64,000 nt of DNA from Flavobacteriaceae bacterium (GCA_002694465.1 NZMG01000030.1:3488-67487), one strand, 5' to 3'. Shown: positions 1-10,742, counted from the first letter of the stretch. Notes: generated from the sequence alone by a model not told the origin. Numbers and translations are program-made.

Positions 1-581
1 GAAAGCGATGTTATTTCAAGATTTTCAGAAGAAATAAAAAGCGTGTTTGTTGTGGGGTTGGGGTTTAGGGTGATTTCACTAAATTTTAAGTCTTGATTTG
101 ATAGCAATTCGCTACTGTAGAAAGCACTATTCCCTTCGGTATTATTAATCTCTAGACTAAAAGTATCATCTGGGTTTTGAGTAATTGCATAAGTAAGTAA
201 CGAAGTTATTTCGAGATACATTTCGGAATGTCTTCCATAAATTATTCCACAAGGACTATTGAGCGGATCATCTTCACACAATACTTCCGCAAGGCAAATC
301 ATATTGTTTTGGTCTATAAAAAAGCCAGAAGGATTATTTTGAAAATCAATGATATTGCTTCCACAATGGATTTCAGTAGGTGTAGCAAAATCAATAAAAT
401 ATTCATTGGTATCATCTATCAAATCTAATGTTGGAAAATACCCGTAATCTTCAGGAACATAGTCTACATTATCAATAGTTACTTTGGTAAGTTGCCAAGT
501 TCTAAATAAATCAGGGTCTTGAGCATTCCCTTTAGGAATTACCAAAACTAATAAACAGGCAGCTAAAATTAACGTTTTCAT
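1..581 (-). CDS. Secreted protein with T9SS type A C-terminal sorting domain; partial, runs off the window start; absent from the ORF track
   Basis: Manual translation from ATG at 581-579: MKTLILAACLLVLVIPKGNAQDPDLFRTWQLTKVTIDNVDY...ITLNPNPTTNTLFISSENLEITSL, open to position 1. It has a signal peptide and a CTD 'xPNPT' motif. The ATG overlaps the TGA of the upstream gene (ATGA). Confidence 0.9.
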   Translation of the reverse strand, partial: MKTLILAACLLVLVIPKGNAQDPDLFRTWQLTKVTIDNVDYVPEDYGYFPTLDLIDDTNEYFIDFATPTEIHCGSNIIDFQNNPSGFFIDQNNMICLAEVLCEDDPLNSPCGIIYGRHSEMYLEITSLLTYAITQNPDDTFSLEINNTEGNSAFYSSELLSNQDLKFSEITLNPNPTTNTLFISSENLEITSL

Positions 582-1276
582 TTTTTTACAAACTTTTTTA
601 TGATTGTTCCTTCTTCTGAAGTAATTTCTAAAAAGTAGATGCCGCTTTGTAATGTTGAAACATCAATCTCGCTAGTAGCTTCTTTAATTTTTATCACTTT
701 TTGTCCAGAGAAGTTAAAAATGGAAAGCGATGTTATTTCAAGATTTTCAGAAGCGATAAAAAGCGTGTTTAAGGTTGGGTTGGGGTGTAGGGTGATTAAA
801 GGTATGTTATAGGAGTAAATATTTAAATTTCTATTAATATAAATGGCTTGGTCACCAAATTCATTAGTTATTGTTAATTGTTGGTCTCCATCAGAGTTAG
901 CTTCAACTAGATAGCCATATTCTTGGTCACTGTCATCTAAATAGAAATTGAAATGAAGGTTACTGAATACAGTATTTTCTTCAAAAGCACAATCCTCAAA
1001 ACTATATTCTAATTTATTTAGATAAATAGTATCTTCATCAAACCAAAAACCACCATAGGCATTAGACAATCTTCCACAATGATAATTGTCAAAAACATAA
1101 ATATCCCATTCCCAATATATAAATAAAATAAAACTATTAGTCTCTTCATTAATGGGCGCATCATATGTAATTCCATTAATTACTAATTGTTTAATGTGCC
1201 AATTATCTTCTATACTCTGACTATGAGATAAAATACCAAAGAATAGGATAAAAAATTGTAATATAATTTTTCTCAT
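578..1276 (-). CDS. Secreted protein with T9SS type A C-terminal sorting domain
   Basis: Signal peptide; C-terminus LHPNPTLNTLFI...IDVSTLQSGIYFLEITSEEGTIIKKFVKK is a typical type A CTD. Confidence 0.92.
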   Translation of the reverse strand: MRKIILQFFILFFGILSHSQSIEDNWHIKQLVINGITYDAPINEETNSFILFIYWEWDIYVFDNYHCGRLSNAYGGFWFDEDTIYLNKLEYSFEDCAFEENTVFSNLHFNFYLDDSDQEYGYLVEANSDGDQQLTITNEFGDQAIYINRNLNIYSYNIPLITLHPNPTLNTLFIASENLEITSLSIFNFSGQKVIKIKEATSEIDVSTLQSGIYFLEITSEEGTIIKKFVKK

Positions 1277-1342
1277 AACTCCCCAGTTATTGCTTAGGTG
1301 TAACTAAAGATAGTAATTATTTTAAGAAGGAAATATTAAAAT

Positions 1343-1903
1343 TTACCACCCATCATCTTCCTCGTCTTCGCTTGATTTTGCCAACCCTTTTTTAAATGCT
1401 TCGTTGAGTGTATTAAACAAATCGGAGATGTTTTGAGGCGTCTCTGTGTATTCTTTTTTTAAGTCGCCACCTCTGGTATAAAACGCATCGGGTGCTTTGT
1501 CTAATTCAAATGGAAACCATCCTTTTTTACCGGTATCGTTTATAGGGCCGTATTGCTCCAAGCCTACCACTTCAAATTTGTATTTACCTTCCTTAAAAGC
1601 TACTGCTATTTGATAACGTAAGGCGTTACACGACTTTTTGCCCATGACGGTAAAACACATGGCATTTTCTTTTTCTCCTTGAAAAACTACTTTTTCTCCT
1701 TCTTCTTGAGAAATAACGGTTCGGTTTCCAGTTTTAGACCAAGCAAGCGCCTTTTTGTAAAGTAAACTTTGGCTCATGCCTTCCATTTCTACCACTATAT
1801 AGTTGGGGTGTAGCCCCTCTATGTCGTAGGTAAAAGCTTCGGTTTGGGCAAATAATGTATTGCCAATTAATAAAAAAGCGAAAAGGATTTTGGGGATATT
1901 CAT
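1343..1903 (-). CDS. DUF4468-like secreted/periplasmic protein
   Basis: Signal peptide; 'SQSLLYKKALAWSK...VISQE' and 'YQIAVAFKEGKYKFEV' resemble DUF4468 proteins. Confidence 0.65.
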   Translation of the reverse strand: MNIPKILFAFLLIGNTLFAQTEAFTYDIEGLHPNYIVVEMEGMSQSLLYKKALAWSKTGNRTVISQEEGEKVVFQGEKENAMCFTVMGKKSCNALRYQIAVAFKEGKYKFEVVGLEQYGPINDTGKKGWFPFELDKAPDAFYTRGGDLKKEYTETPQNISDLFNTLNEAFKKGLAKSSEDEEDDGW

Positions 1904-1973
1904 AATAATCTGTCAATTTTAATAGGGGTAAGATATAAATTTTCTTTATTTTGACTAATTAAATAATAAAATC

Positions 1974-2552
1974 ATGTCCCAATTTTGGCTATACTTTCAA
2001 TTAGGTCTTGAGCATGTACTCGATTGGCAGGCCTATGATCATGTGCTGTTTATTGTTGCGCTTTGTGCAGCTTATACCTTGTCTTCTTGGAAAAGATTAT
2101 TGTTGCTTGTTTCGTTATTTACGCTAGGACATACACTTTCTCTTTTTCTAACCCATTATGACGTGGTAACAGTCTCTGCCAAGTGGATTGAGTTTTTAAT
2201 ACCCATCACCATCATTTTTACGGGCTTTTATAATCTTATTAACTTGAAAAGAGGGTTTAAAGAAAACAAAGCCATTGTTCTTTTTATAGTCACTTTGTTT
2301 TTTGGACTCATCCATGGTTTTGGATTTGGGCGTTATTTCAATCAAATAAACGACGATAAAGAAGTGATGCCTTTAATTGAATTTGCCTTAGGAATTGAAC
2401 TTTCGCAATTAATCATCGTTGTTTTTGTAATGGTGTTAGGCTATTTTATGCAAACATTTTTTAGATTTAAGCAACGAGATTGGATTATGATTGTTTCTTC
2501 TATTGTCATAGGAATGGCAATCCCTATGCTTATTGAAAATTGGCCATTTTAA
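1974..2552 (+). CDS. HupE/UreJ family membrane protein
   Basis: Motifs GLEHVLD..YDHVLF, FTLGHTLSL, FFGLIHGFGF, FALGIELSQ; multiple TM segments. Confidence 0.85.
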   Translation: MSQFWLYFQLGLEHVLDWQAYDHVLFIVALCAAYTLSSWKRLLLLVSLFTLGHTLSLFLTHYDVVTVSAKWIEFLIPITIIFTGFYNLINLKRGFKENKAIVLFIVTLFFGLIHGFGFGRYFNQINDDKEVMPLIEFALGIELSQLIIVVFVMVLGYFMQTFFRFKQRDWIMIVSSIVIGMAIPMLIENWPF

Positions 2553-2639
2553 GGTATCTTTATTTTTTTCGGAAACATTTAACACCCACTTTTTTTGTAG
2601 CGACGTAACTTCCAAGTAAATTCGCTGTCTATTAGTAGT

Positions 2640-3068
2640 ATGAAGAAAGAAAAACAATTAAAATACGACATTGCGTATTTACGTATGGCGCGCGAATGGA
2701 GTAAACTTTCCTATTGTAAGCGAAGACAGGTTGGGGCACTCATTGTAAAGGATAAAATGATCATTAGTGACGGGTATAATGGTACTCCCACAGGATTCGA
2801 AAATATTTGCGAAGACGACGATGGTTACACAAAATGGTATGTATTACATGCCGAAGCCAATGCCATATCGAAAGTGGCTTCATCCACACAATCTTGTAAA
2901 GGAGGGACATTATATATTACCATGTCGCCGTGCCAGCAATGTAGTAAGTTAATACATCAAACGGGGATATCTCGATTGGTGTATAACGAGGCTTATAAAG
3001 ATGACTCTGGGATAAAATTTTTACAGAAAGCTGGCGTTGAAATAACACATATTCCAGAGTTGGATTAA
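2640..3068 (+). CDS. dCMP deaminase family protein
   Basis: Zn-deaminase motifs HAEANAI and SPCQQC; N-terminal SYCKRRQVGALIV..GYNGTP. Confidence 0.9.
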   Translation: MKKEKQLKYDIAYLRMAREWSKLSYCKRRQVGALIVKDKMIISDGYNGTPTGFENICEDDDGYTKWYVLHAEANAISKVASSTQSCKGGTLYITMSPCQQCSKLIHQTGISRLVYNEAYKDDSGIKFLQKAGVEITHIPELD

Positions 3069-3069
3069 C

Positions 3070-4665
3070 ATGGGACATTCAAAAAAATACATACCTCTTT
3101 ATATAGGAATTGCCGTGGCGGTAGGAGTATTTATTGGGTCAAAGCTTAATTTTCAGGACAACAACGAAAAAATTTTCGCAACCAATTCAAAAAAAGACAA
3201 GCTCAATAGGCTTATTGATTATATTGATTACGAATACGTCGACAACGTAAATACCGATAGCATTGTAGATGTTACGGTCAATGGTATTCTCGAAAATCTC
3301 GATCCACATTCGGTGTATATCCCAGTATCTGCATACGAAGACAATGCCGATGATATGCGTGGTAATTTTGTGGGAATAGGAGTTAGCTTTTATGTGTACA
3401 AGGATTCTATTGCCGTTATTCGTGCCATTGAAGGAGGAAGCGCTGAAAAAGTTGGAATTAAAGGGGGAGATAGAATTTTATATGCCGATAATAGAAAATT
3501 GTTTGGAGAAAGTATCGATAGGGATAGTATTTCAAAATTTTTGAAAGGAGAAATTAATTCGAAAGTAGATTTAAAGGTTTATCGTAAGGGTGAGAAAAAG
3601 CTACTCGATTTTAAACTGAAACGAAGAAGAATTCCCATTATTAGTGTGGATGCTTCCTATATGCTAAATGAAAAGACAGGCTATATTAAAATCAATCGTT
3701 TCTCTGAAAGCACCTATGCCGAATTTAAAAATGCCTTAGACGATTTGCAGGACGAAGGAATGAAAACGTTGGTTCTAGATTTACGCGATAATCCAGGGGG
3801 GTATATTTCTTCAGCCGAAAGAGTTTTGGATGAATTTTTGGAAGATGATAAACTCATGTTAATTACCAAAAATAAAGCGGGTGATGAAGATAAAAGCTAT
3901 GCCACGCGCAAAGGTGATTTCGAAAAAGGAAAGCTGTATGTTTTAATTAATGAAAACTCTGCTTCGGCAAGTGAAATTGTAGCAGGAGCCCTTCAAGATA
4001 ATGACAAAGGAATTATTATTGGGCGTCGGTCTTTTGGAAAAGGACTGGTGCAACGTGAAATGGCATTGGGCGATGGAAGTGCTGTGCGATTGACGATTGC
4101 TCGCTATTATACCCCAACAGGAAGATCCATACAAAGACCCTATGGCGAAGGAAATGGCAATTATTACAGCGATTACGAAAACCGCTATAGAAATGGGGAG
4201 CTCATTCACGCAGATAGTATGAAGGTAGCAGATTCTTTAAAGTATGTAACCCCAAAAGGGAAAGTAGTTTATGGTGGCGGCGGAATTATCCCAGATGTTT
4301 TTATCCCAAAGGATACAAGCATTGAAAATGAAACACTCAATTATGTAAGCCGTAATGGGTTTATGAGTTACTTCATTTTTGAATATTTAGAAAACAACCG
4401 GTCTCAGTTTAACAAATTATCTTACGAAGACTTCAAAAAGAATTATAAAGTGTCTGATAAATTGGCCGAAGATTTTGTAGTGTATTCAAGGCTTCAGGAA
4501 GCACAAATAGATTTAAGTAACTACCAAGAAGAATTAAAAATGGCTTTAAAAGCCAATATTGCGCAGCAATTATACGGACCCAATGCGTATGAGTTTATTC
4601 TAAATGCAGACGATGCTATGCTAAAAAAAGTCTTGGAGCTAGAAAAAAAGGCAGCGGAGAAGTAA
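3070..4665 (+). CDS. S41 family carboxy-terminal processing protease
   Basis: LDPHS, PDZ-like region, DLRDNPGG, SASASEIVAGALQD, GRRSFGKGLVQ. Confidence 0.93.
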   Translation: MGHSKKYIPLYIGIAVAVGVFIGSKLNFQDNNEKIFATNSKKDKLNRLIDYIDYEYVDNVNTDSIVDVTVNGILENLDPHSVYIPVSAYEDNADDMRGNFVGIGVSFYVYKDSIAVIRAIEGGSAEKVGIKGGDRILYADNRKLFGESIDRDSISKFLKGEINSKVDLKVYRKGEKKLLDFKLKRRRIPIISVDASYMLNEKTGYIKINRFSESTYAEFKNALDDLQDEGMKTLVLDLRDNPGGYISSAERVLDEFLEDDKLMLITKNKAGDEDKSYATRKGDFEKGKLYVLINENSASASEIVAGALQDNDKGIIIGRRSFGKGLVQREMALGDGSAVRLTIARYYTPTGRSIQRPYGEGNGNYYSDYENRYRNGELIHADSMKVADSLKYVTPKGKVVYGGGGIIPDVFIPKDTSIENETLNYVSRNGFMSYFIFEYLENNRSQFNKLSYEDFKKNYKVSDKLAEDFVVYSRLQEAQIDLSNYQEELKMALKANIAQQLYGPNAYEFILNADDAMLKKVLELEKKAAEK

Positions 4666-4666
4666 T

Positions 4667-4864
4667 TTACACCTTTCTATTTCCTTTTATTCTATACGAA
4701 ATGTTTAGAATCACCATGAGTAAAATGGCACAAGCAGAGGCTAATATACAAATAACTGCAACTTTGCTGTCTCCTTCAAAAAGACTTTCGAAATTAAGCT
4801 TGGTAGCATTGTAAATTAGTAAGGCTAATGCTACTACAATAATAATATACCTAAAGATTTTCAT
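4667..4864 (-). CDS. Small two-TM hypothetical membrane protein
   Basis: 65 aa with two hydrophobic segments; fills the gap directly downstream of the MarC gene on the same strand. Confidence 0.7.
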   Translation of the reverse strand: MKIFRYIIIVVALALLIYNATKLNFESLFEGDSKVAVICILASACAILLMVILNISYRIKGNRKV

Positions 4865-4870
4865 TTCAAA

Positions 4871-5452
4871 TTAATTAAATAATTCTTGAATGTTTGAGGT
4901 AAATAATTTTACCGCAATGGCTAATAAAATTACTCCAAATATTTTCTGAATAACGGCTATTCCATTTTTACCTAAAACCCGTTGTAATTTTCCTGAGGTT
5001 TTCAAAACAATGTAAATAATAATAACGTTTACAATCACGGCAACAATTACATTTTCCAAGGCATATTCTGCCCTTAAAGAAAGCAGTGTTGTAAGAGTTC
5101 CTGGTCCCGCAAGCATAGGAAATGCTAAAGGAAAAACCGAAGCCATATCGGGGCTACTTCCATCGTCTTTAAAAAGGGTAATGCCGAGAATCATTTCCAA
5201 CGCAATAAAAAAGAGTATAAAGGCCCCAGCCACAGCAAACTCATTTACATTAATACCAATAAGCTTCAATATGCTCTCTCCTAAAAAAAGAAACATCGTC
5301 ATCACAACGGCTGCAATAATAGATGCTTTTTCGCTATGAATATGTCCAACACGCTTTCGTAAGGATATCACAATAGGGATGTTTCCTATGATATCGATAA
5401 CGGCAAACAAAATCATACTTGCGGTGGCAATTTGCTTAAAATTGAGTTCCAT
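4871..5452 (-). CDS. MarC family membrane protein
   Basis: FAVIDIIGNIP, FAVAGAFILF, PLAFPMLAGPGTLTT, IFGVILLAIAV. Start reassigned to MELNFKQ (5452). Confidence 0.9.
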   Translation of the reverse strand: MELNFKQIATASMILFAVIDIIGNIPIVISLRKRVGHIHSEKASIIAAVVMTMFLFLGESILKLIGINVNEFAVAGAFILFFIALEMILGITLFKDDGSSPDMASVFPLAFPMLAGPGTLTTLLSLRAEYALENVIVAVIVNVIIIYIVLKTSGKLQRVLGKNGIAVIQKIFGVILLAIAVKLFTSNIQELFN

Positions 5453-5550
5453 TAATGGTTGTTTAAAGTGCAAAATTAGTGGTTTTAAATGGATAATCTA
5501 TTTAGTATTACAATCTTCTCAATTCTGTTGTAAAGTAATATCTTTGCGAC

Positions 5551-6114
5551 ATGTTTCAACTAGGGAAAACCATAGTATCCGAAGATTTAATCGAAAAAGA
5601 ATTCGTCTGTAATTTGCATGCGTGCAAAGGCGCATGTTGTATCGAAGGCGAGGCGGGAGCACCTGTTACTAAAGAGGAAGTTGAAATTTTAAAGGAAATT
5701 TATCCCAAAGTGAAACCATTCCTTCGCTCCGAAGGAATTTCTGCCATTGAAAACCAAGGAACGCACATTGTAAACGAATTGGATGAGTTGGAAACCCCCT
5801 TGGTAGATGGTAAAGAATGTGCCTATGTAACATTTACCGATAAAGGAATTGCTAGTTGTGGTATTGAAGATGCATATAATGCGGGCGCAGTTGATTTTAG
5901 AAAACCGATTTCGTGTCATTTATACCCCGTGAGAGTACAGCAATACAGTGAGTTTGCGGCTGTAAACTATCATAAATGGCCTATTTGTGATGATGCATGT
6001 ACGCTTGGTAAAGAACTTAAAGTGCCGGTCTACAAATTTGTAAAAGACGCTTTAATAAGAAAGTTTGGGGAAGACTGGTATAAAGAGTTAGAGAAAGTTG
6101 CTTCAGATTATTAG
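5551..6114 (+). CDS. DUF3109 family Cys-rich protein
   Basis: FVCNLHACKGACCIEGEAGAP...KPISCHLYP...WPICDDAC pattern. Confidence 0.8.
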   Translation: MFQLGKTIVSEDLIEKEFVCNLHACKGACCIEGEAGAPVTKEEVEILKEIYPKVKPFLRSEGISAIENQGTHIVNELDELETPLVDGKECAYVTFTDKGIASCGIEDAYNAGAVDFRKPISCHLYPVRVQQYSEFAAVNYHKWPICDDACTLGKELKVPVYKFVKDALIRKFGEDWYKELEKVASDY

Positions 6115-6170
6115 TTGCTATTCACTTCATTTTCATTATTTTAGTAGTCTAACTACTAACTATTCCAATT

Positions 6171-6773
6171 ATGAAAAATTCACTCTTTTTAATTGTAGCC
6201 TTATTGTTTTTTGTTGGCTGTAAAGATAATCCAGTTTCAAAAAAAATTAAAGAGGCTAAACAAAATGTCAGCAATACCAATAGTGCAATTGAAGAACTCA
6301 ACGATATGCAAGAGGATATCGAAGAATTAAAAGAGATAACACCCCTTACTAATGATGAACTGAAAGCTTGGTTGCCAGATGAAATTAACGGTATGAAACG
6401 TACTTCTTTCAAAGCTGGGCAAACTAGCTTTATGAAAATTGCATCTATTGAAGCAAGTTATTCTAACGAAGACAAATCAAAAACATTTAAAATACAAGTC
6501 ATTGATGGTGCAGGCGAAATGGGAGCTGCAGCAACCGCAGGAATGCGCATGCTCTTTTCACAGGATTTTGAGGAAGAAACAGAAACACAAGTAAAAAGAT
6601 CTATAAAAAAGAAGGGTGTAAAAGCGATTGAAGAATATCGTAAAGATGGAAGCAATTGTACTATCCAATTTATGCAAGATGATCGTTTTTATATAAATGC
6701 TAGTGGTCGTAACATGGATTTAGATGAAACATGGAAAGCGATAGATGATTTAGATGTTCAAAATTTGGGATAA
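6171..6773 (+). CDS. Hypothetical lipoprotein
   Basis: Lipobox LLFFVG-C followed by a coiled-coil-like segment; own terminator downstream. Confidence 0.75.
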   Translation: MKNSLFLIVALLFFVGCKDNPVSKKIKEAKQNVSNTNSAIEELNDMQEDIEELKEITPLTNDELKAWLPDEINGMKRTSFKAGQTSFMKIASIEASYSNEDKSKTFKIQVIDGAGEMGAAATAGMRMLFSQDFEEETETQVKRSIKKKGVKAIEEYRKDGSNCTIQFMQDDRFYINASGRNMDLDETWKAIDDLDVQNLG

Positions 6774-6797
6774 TTTTATTCATTTTTAGTACTAATT

Positions 6798-6830
6798 AAA
6801 AGCAGAGTGAGTCTCTGGTTTTCTTTTTTT
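6798..6830 (+). terminator. Rho-independent terminator
   Basis: aaaagcagag-tgagt-ctctggtttt (one mismatch) followed by a T run. Confidence 0.65.
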
Positions 6831-6863
6831 CTTAAAAAAATGAAAAAAATGGTCAATCAAATT

Positions 6864-7075
6864 TGTTAAAAAATAAGCGCGTTAAAACAGTATAAAATTG
6901 TTTCTCACGCTTAGTAGAATGGGCAGCTTTTAGGGTTTTCAACTGCTAATTTTCAGATTGTTTATAAACTCATCAAAAATATTGTAATAAATTGATTTAC
7001 AATTATTTAAAACGATTTTTTAACAAAACAATAATAACAATACATTTACATACGTGTTGAAAACTTTGTTAAAAA
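6864..7075. promoter_or_regulatory. Cluster of six DnaA-box-like 9-mers upstream of nrdB
   Basis: TGTTAAAAA 6864, TTTTCAACT 6936, TGTTTATAA 6959, TTTTTAACA 7017, TGTTGAAAA 7055, TGTTAAAAA 7067. These approximate TT(A/T)TNAACA, one base off the canonical TT(A/T)TNCACA. Confidence 0.35.
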
Positions 7076-7176
7076 CCCAAAGCAACTTTCCCCCATTTCC
7101 GTTTTAATTTTTTTCATATTTGTTAGTCCCTAGTAACAAGAAAATTTCATTAATTTTTAAAAACGGAAAGGACAAC

Positions 7177-8154
7177 ATGAGTGCAGTAGAACCCATTTTA
7201 GCAGAAAACAAAGACAGATTTGTAATTTTCCCTATTCAACACCACGATATTTGGGAATGGTACAAAAAAAGTGAAGCCAGTTTTTGGACCGCAGAGGAGA
7301 TAGATCTTCATCAAGATTTAACCGACTGGACCAATAAATTGAGTGATGACGAGCGCTATTTTGTAAAGCACATTCTTGCTTTTTTTGCTGCTAGTGATGG
7401 CATTGTAAATGAGAATTTGGCAGAGAACTTCGTAAATGAAGTTCAGTACAGTGAAGCTAAATTTTTCTATGGATTTCAAATCATGATGGAGAACATTCAT
7501 AGTGAAACCTATTCGTTACTCATAGATACTTACGTAAAAGACGATAAGGAAAAGGACAAGCTTTTTAATGCTATTGAAAATTTCCCAGCGATAAAGAAAA
7601 AGGCAGATTGGGCGCTTAAATGGATCGATAGCCCAAGTTTTGCAGAACGACTTATAGCTTTTGCTGCTGTAGAAGGCATATTTTTCTCGGGAGCTTTTTG
7701 TTCTATCTTTTGGTTGAAAAAAAGAGGGCTCATGCCTGGACTTACTTTTTCTAATGAATTAATTTCTAGAGACGAAGGAGTACACTGTGATTTTGCCGTG
7801 CATCTTCACAATCACCACTTGGTAAACAAAGTGCCAAAAGAACGCATTCGTGAAATTATTGTTGATGCTCTTAATATTGAAAGAGAATTTATCACCGAAT
7901 CGCTTCCTGTAAGTTTAATAGGGATGAATGCGAAGCTAATGACACAATACTTGGAGTTTGTAACCGATAGATTATTGGTTGAACTTCAATGTGAAAAAGA
8001 ATATAACTCCAGCAATCCGTTTGACTTTATGGATATGATATCGTTACAAGGGAAGACCAACTTCTTCGAAAAGCGAGTTTCAGAATACCAAAAAGCTGGT
8101 GTAACAAACATGGATAAAGAGTCGAATAAAATAAGTTTCGACGCAGACTTTTAA
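7177..8154 (+). CDS. nrdB: Class Ia ribonucleotide reductase beta subunit
   Basis: ENIHSETYS (radical Tyr), [32 protein letters not shown]. Start reassigned to MSAVEPIL (7177). Confidence 0.96.
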   Translation: MSAVEPILAENKDRFVIFPIQHHDIWEWYKKSEASFWTAEEIDLHQDLTDWTNKLSDDERYFVKHILAFFAASDGIVNENLAENFVNEVQYSEAKFFYGFQIMMENIHSETYSLLIDTYVKDDKEKDKLFNAIENFPAIKKKADWALKWIDSPSFAERLIAFAAVEGIFFSGAFCSIFWLKKRGLMPGLTFSNELISRDEGVHCDFAVHLHNHHLVNKVPKERIREIIVDALNIEREFITESLPVSLIGMNAKLMTQYLEFVTDRLLVELQCEKEYNSSNPFDFMDMISLQGKTNFFEKRVSEYQKAGVTNMDKESNKISFDADF

Positions 8155-8160
8155 ATAATT

Positions 8161-8190
8161 TCCGTCTGTTCCCCAAAGGGCGGATTTTTT
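8161..8190 (+). terminator. Possible terminator/attenuator between nrdB and nrdA
   Basis: tccgtc...ggcgga stem (one G-U pair) followed by a T run. Confidence 0.4.
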
Positions 8191-8266
8191 TAAAGCTTTG
8201 ATAATGCGCTTTTTAATGATTGCGTAAGAAATAATTTTTTCAAAAAACTAAAAAACCTCTAGCAAA

Positions 8267-10693
8267 ATGAATGTAGTAAAAAGAGATGGCAGGAAAGAAC
8301 CCGTAATGTTCGATAAGATTACGGCCCGAGTACGAAAACTGTGTTATGGACTCAACGAATTAGTCGATCCCGTAAAGGTAGCTATGCGTGTAATTGAAGG
8401 ATTATACGATGGTGTTACAACAAGTGAATTAGACAATCTTGCCGCAGAAATTGCAGCTACCATGACGGTTTCACACCCAGATTATGCAAAGTTAGCCGCA
8501 AGAATTTCAGTCTCTAACCTTCATAAAAATACCAAAAAGACTTTTTCTGAAGTCATGACAGATTTATATGAATATGTCAACCCAAGAACAGGAAAAAAAG
8601 CCCCTCTTTTAAGTGATGAAGTGTACGAAATCATTAAAAATAATGCAGATGAGCTAGACTCTGCCATTATTTACAATAGAGATTTCAACTACGATTATTT
8701 TGGTTTTAAAACGTTAGAGCGTTCGTATTTATTAAAATTAAACGGAAACATTGCAGAGCGTCCACAACATATGCTCATGCGTGTTTCGGTTGGGATACAT
8801 TTAAACGATTTAGCTGCTGTTAAGGAAACGTATGAGTTGATGTCGAAGAAATTCTTTACTCATGCAACACCAACTTTATTTAATAGTGGAACGCCAAAAC
8901 CACAAATGTCTTCTTGTTTCTTATTAACAATGAAAGAAGATAGTATTGACGGCATTTATGATACCTTAAAACAAACGGCAAAAATTTCACAATCTGCAGG
9001 AGGTATAGGACTGTCTATTCATAACATTAGAGCAACAGGATCTTACATTGGAGGAACCAACGGAACCTCAAACGGAATCGTCCCTATGTTGCGTGTCTAT
9101 AACGATACAGCGCGATACGTGGACCAAGGAGGAGGAAAGAGAAAAGGAAGTTTTGCCATGTATATTGAGCCATGGCATGCCGATATTTTCGACTTTTTAG
9201 ATTTAAAGAAGAACCACGGAAAAGAAGAAATGCGAGCTCGCGACCTTTTCTATGCTATGTGGATTCCAGATTTGTTTATGAAACGAGTGCAGGAAGATGC
9301 AGAGTGGACCTTAATGTGTCCTAATGAGTGTCCGGGATTATTTGATGTGCACAGTGAAGAATTTGAAGCATTGTACCTAAAATATGAAGCTGCAGATAAA
9401 GGAAGAAAAACGATAAAAGCGCGCGAACTTTGGGAGAAAATTCTCGAATCCCAAATTGAAACGGGAACACCGTATATGCTCTATAAAGATGCAGCAAACC
9501 GTAAGAGCAACCAAAAAAACTTAGGAACCATTCGTTCTTCAAATCTTTGTACAGAGATTTTAGAGTACACCTCTCCAGACGAAGTGGCTGTTTGTAACTT
9601 GGCATCTATTGCGCTACCTATGTTTGTAAAGAATGGTGAATTTGACCATAAAGAACTATTTAGAGTTACCAAACGAGTTACAAAGAATTTGAATCGTGTA
9701 ATTGACAGGAATTACTACCCCGTAATTGAAGCACAAAATTCGAATTTCCGTCATCGTCCAGTAGGCTTAGGAGTACAAGGATTGGCAGATACATTTATTA
9801 TGCTACGCATGCCATTTACAAGTGACGAGGCAAAACAATTGAATCAAGAAATATTTGAAACACTTTATTTTGCAGCAGTAACAGCTTCTATGGAAGAAGC
9901 TAAAGTAGATGGCCCTTATGAAAGTTATAAAGGTTCTCCTATTTCTGAAGGATTATTTCAACACAACCTTTGGAATATTAAAGATGAAGAATTAAGTGGT
10001 CGCTGGGATTGGGCAAAATTGAGAAAAGACATTAAAAAGCATGGGGTTCGTAATTCATTGTTAGTAGCTCCAATGCCTACCGCATCTACCTCTCAAATTT
10101 TAGGGAACAACGAAGCTTTTGAGCCTTATACCTCCAATATTTATACCCGTAGAGTACTCTCTGGAGAATTTATTGTAGTGAACAAACACCTGTTAGAAGA
10201 CTTGGTTGGATTAGGCCTATGGAATGATGATTTAAAAGAAGAAATCATGCGTGCCAATGGATCTATCCAGCATATTGAAGGCATCCCTCAAGAGTTAAAA
10301 GAATTATATAAGACGGTTTGGGAGTTGAGTATGAAAGATATTATTGATATGTCTCGTCATAGAGGATATTTTATAGATCAGTCGCAATCTCTAAACTTAT
10401 TTATGGAAAATGCGAATATGGCAAAACTAACATCCATGCATTTTTACGCGTGGAAGAGTGGCTTAAAAACAGGAATGTATTATTTAAGAACGAAGAGTGC
10501 TGTAGATGCTATTAAGTTCACCTTAAATAATGAAACCAAAAAAGAACCTGTGGAAGCGGTAGCCGAAGCAAAAGTTGAGGCTGTTTCTGCTGCTTCAGAA
10601 AAACCATTAACAGCAAAAGAACTAAAGGATTTATTGGCGCAGTCTAAAAACGCAGCCGAAAATGATGAAGATTGTTTAATGTGTGGTTCTTAA
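8267..10693 (+). CDS. nrdA: Class Ia ribonucleotide reductase alpha subunit with ATP-cone
   Basis: N-terminal [16 protein letters not shown]-cone, [22 protein letters not shown]-terminal CLMCGS. Confidence 0.97.
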   Translation: MNVVKRDGRKEPVMFDKITARVRKLCYGLNELVDPVKVAMRVIEGLYDGVTTSELDNLAAEIAATMTVSHPDYAKLAARISVSNLHKNTKKTFSEVMTDLYEYVNPRTGKKAPLLSDEVYEIIKNNADELDSAIIYNRDFNYDYFGFKTLERSYLLKLNGNIAERPQHMLMRVSVGIHLNDLAAVKETYELMSKKFFTHATPTLFNSGTPKPQMSSCFLLTMKEDSIDGIYDTLKQTAKISQSAGGIGLSIHNIRATGSYIGGTNGTSNGIVPMLRVYNDTARYVDQGGGKRKGSFAMYIEPWHADIFDFLDLKKNHGKEEMRARDLFYAMWIPDLFMKRVQEDAEWTLMCPNECPGLFDVHSEEFEALYLKYEAADKGRKTIKARELWEKILESQIETGTPYMLYKDAANRKSNQKNLGTIRSSNLCTEILEYTSPDEVAVCNLASIALPMFVKNGEFDHKELFRVTKRVTKNLNRVIDRNYYPVIEAQNSNFRHRPVGLGVQGLADTFIMLRMPFTSDEAKQLNQEIFETLYFAAVTASMEEAKVDGPYESYKGSPISEGLFQHNLWNIKDEELSGRWDWAKLRKDIKKHGVRNSLLVAPMPTASTSQILGNNEAFEPYTSNIYTRRVLSGEFIVVNKHLLEDLVGLGLWNDDLKEEIMRANGSIQHIEGIPQELKELYKTVWELSMKDIIDMSRHRGYFIDQSQSLNLFMENANMAKLTSMHFYAWKSGLKTGMYYLRTKSAVDAIKFTLNNETKKEPVEAVAEAKVEAVSAASEKPLTAKELKDLLAQSKNAAENDEDCLMCGS

Positions 10694-10710
10694 TTTTTAA
10701 GTGTTATAAT

Positions 10711-10742
10711 AAAAAAGTGGCTCTGATTTAGAGCCACTTTTA
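10711..10742 (+). terminator. Bidirectional-type terminator after nrdA
   Basis: aaaagtggctct-gattt-agagccactttt perfect stem. Confidence 0.85.

Noticed and set aside
228-428. 66-aa plus-strand ORF in the track
   Set aside because: It lies antisense inside the real minus-strand T9SS cargo gene (1-581).
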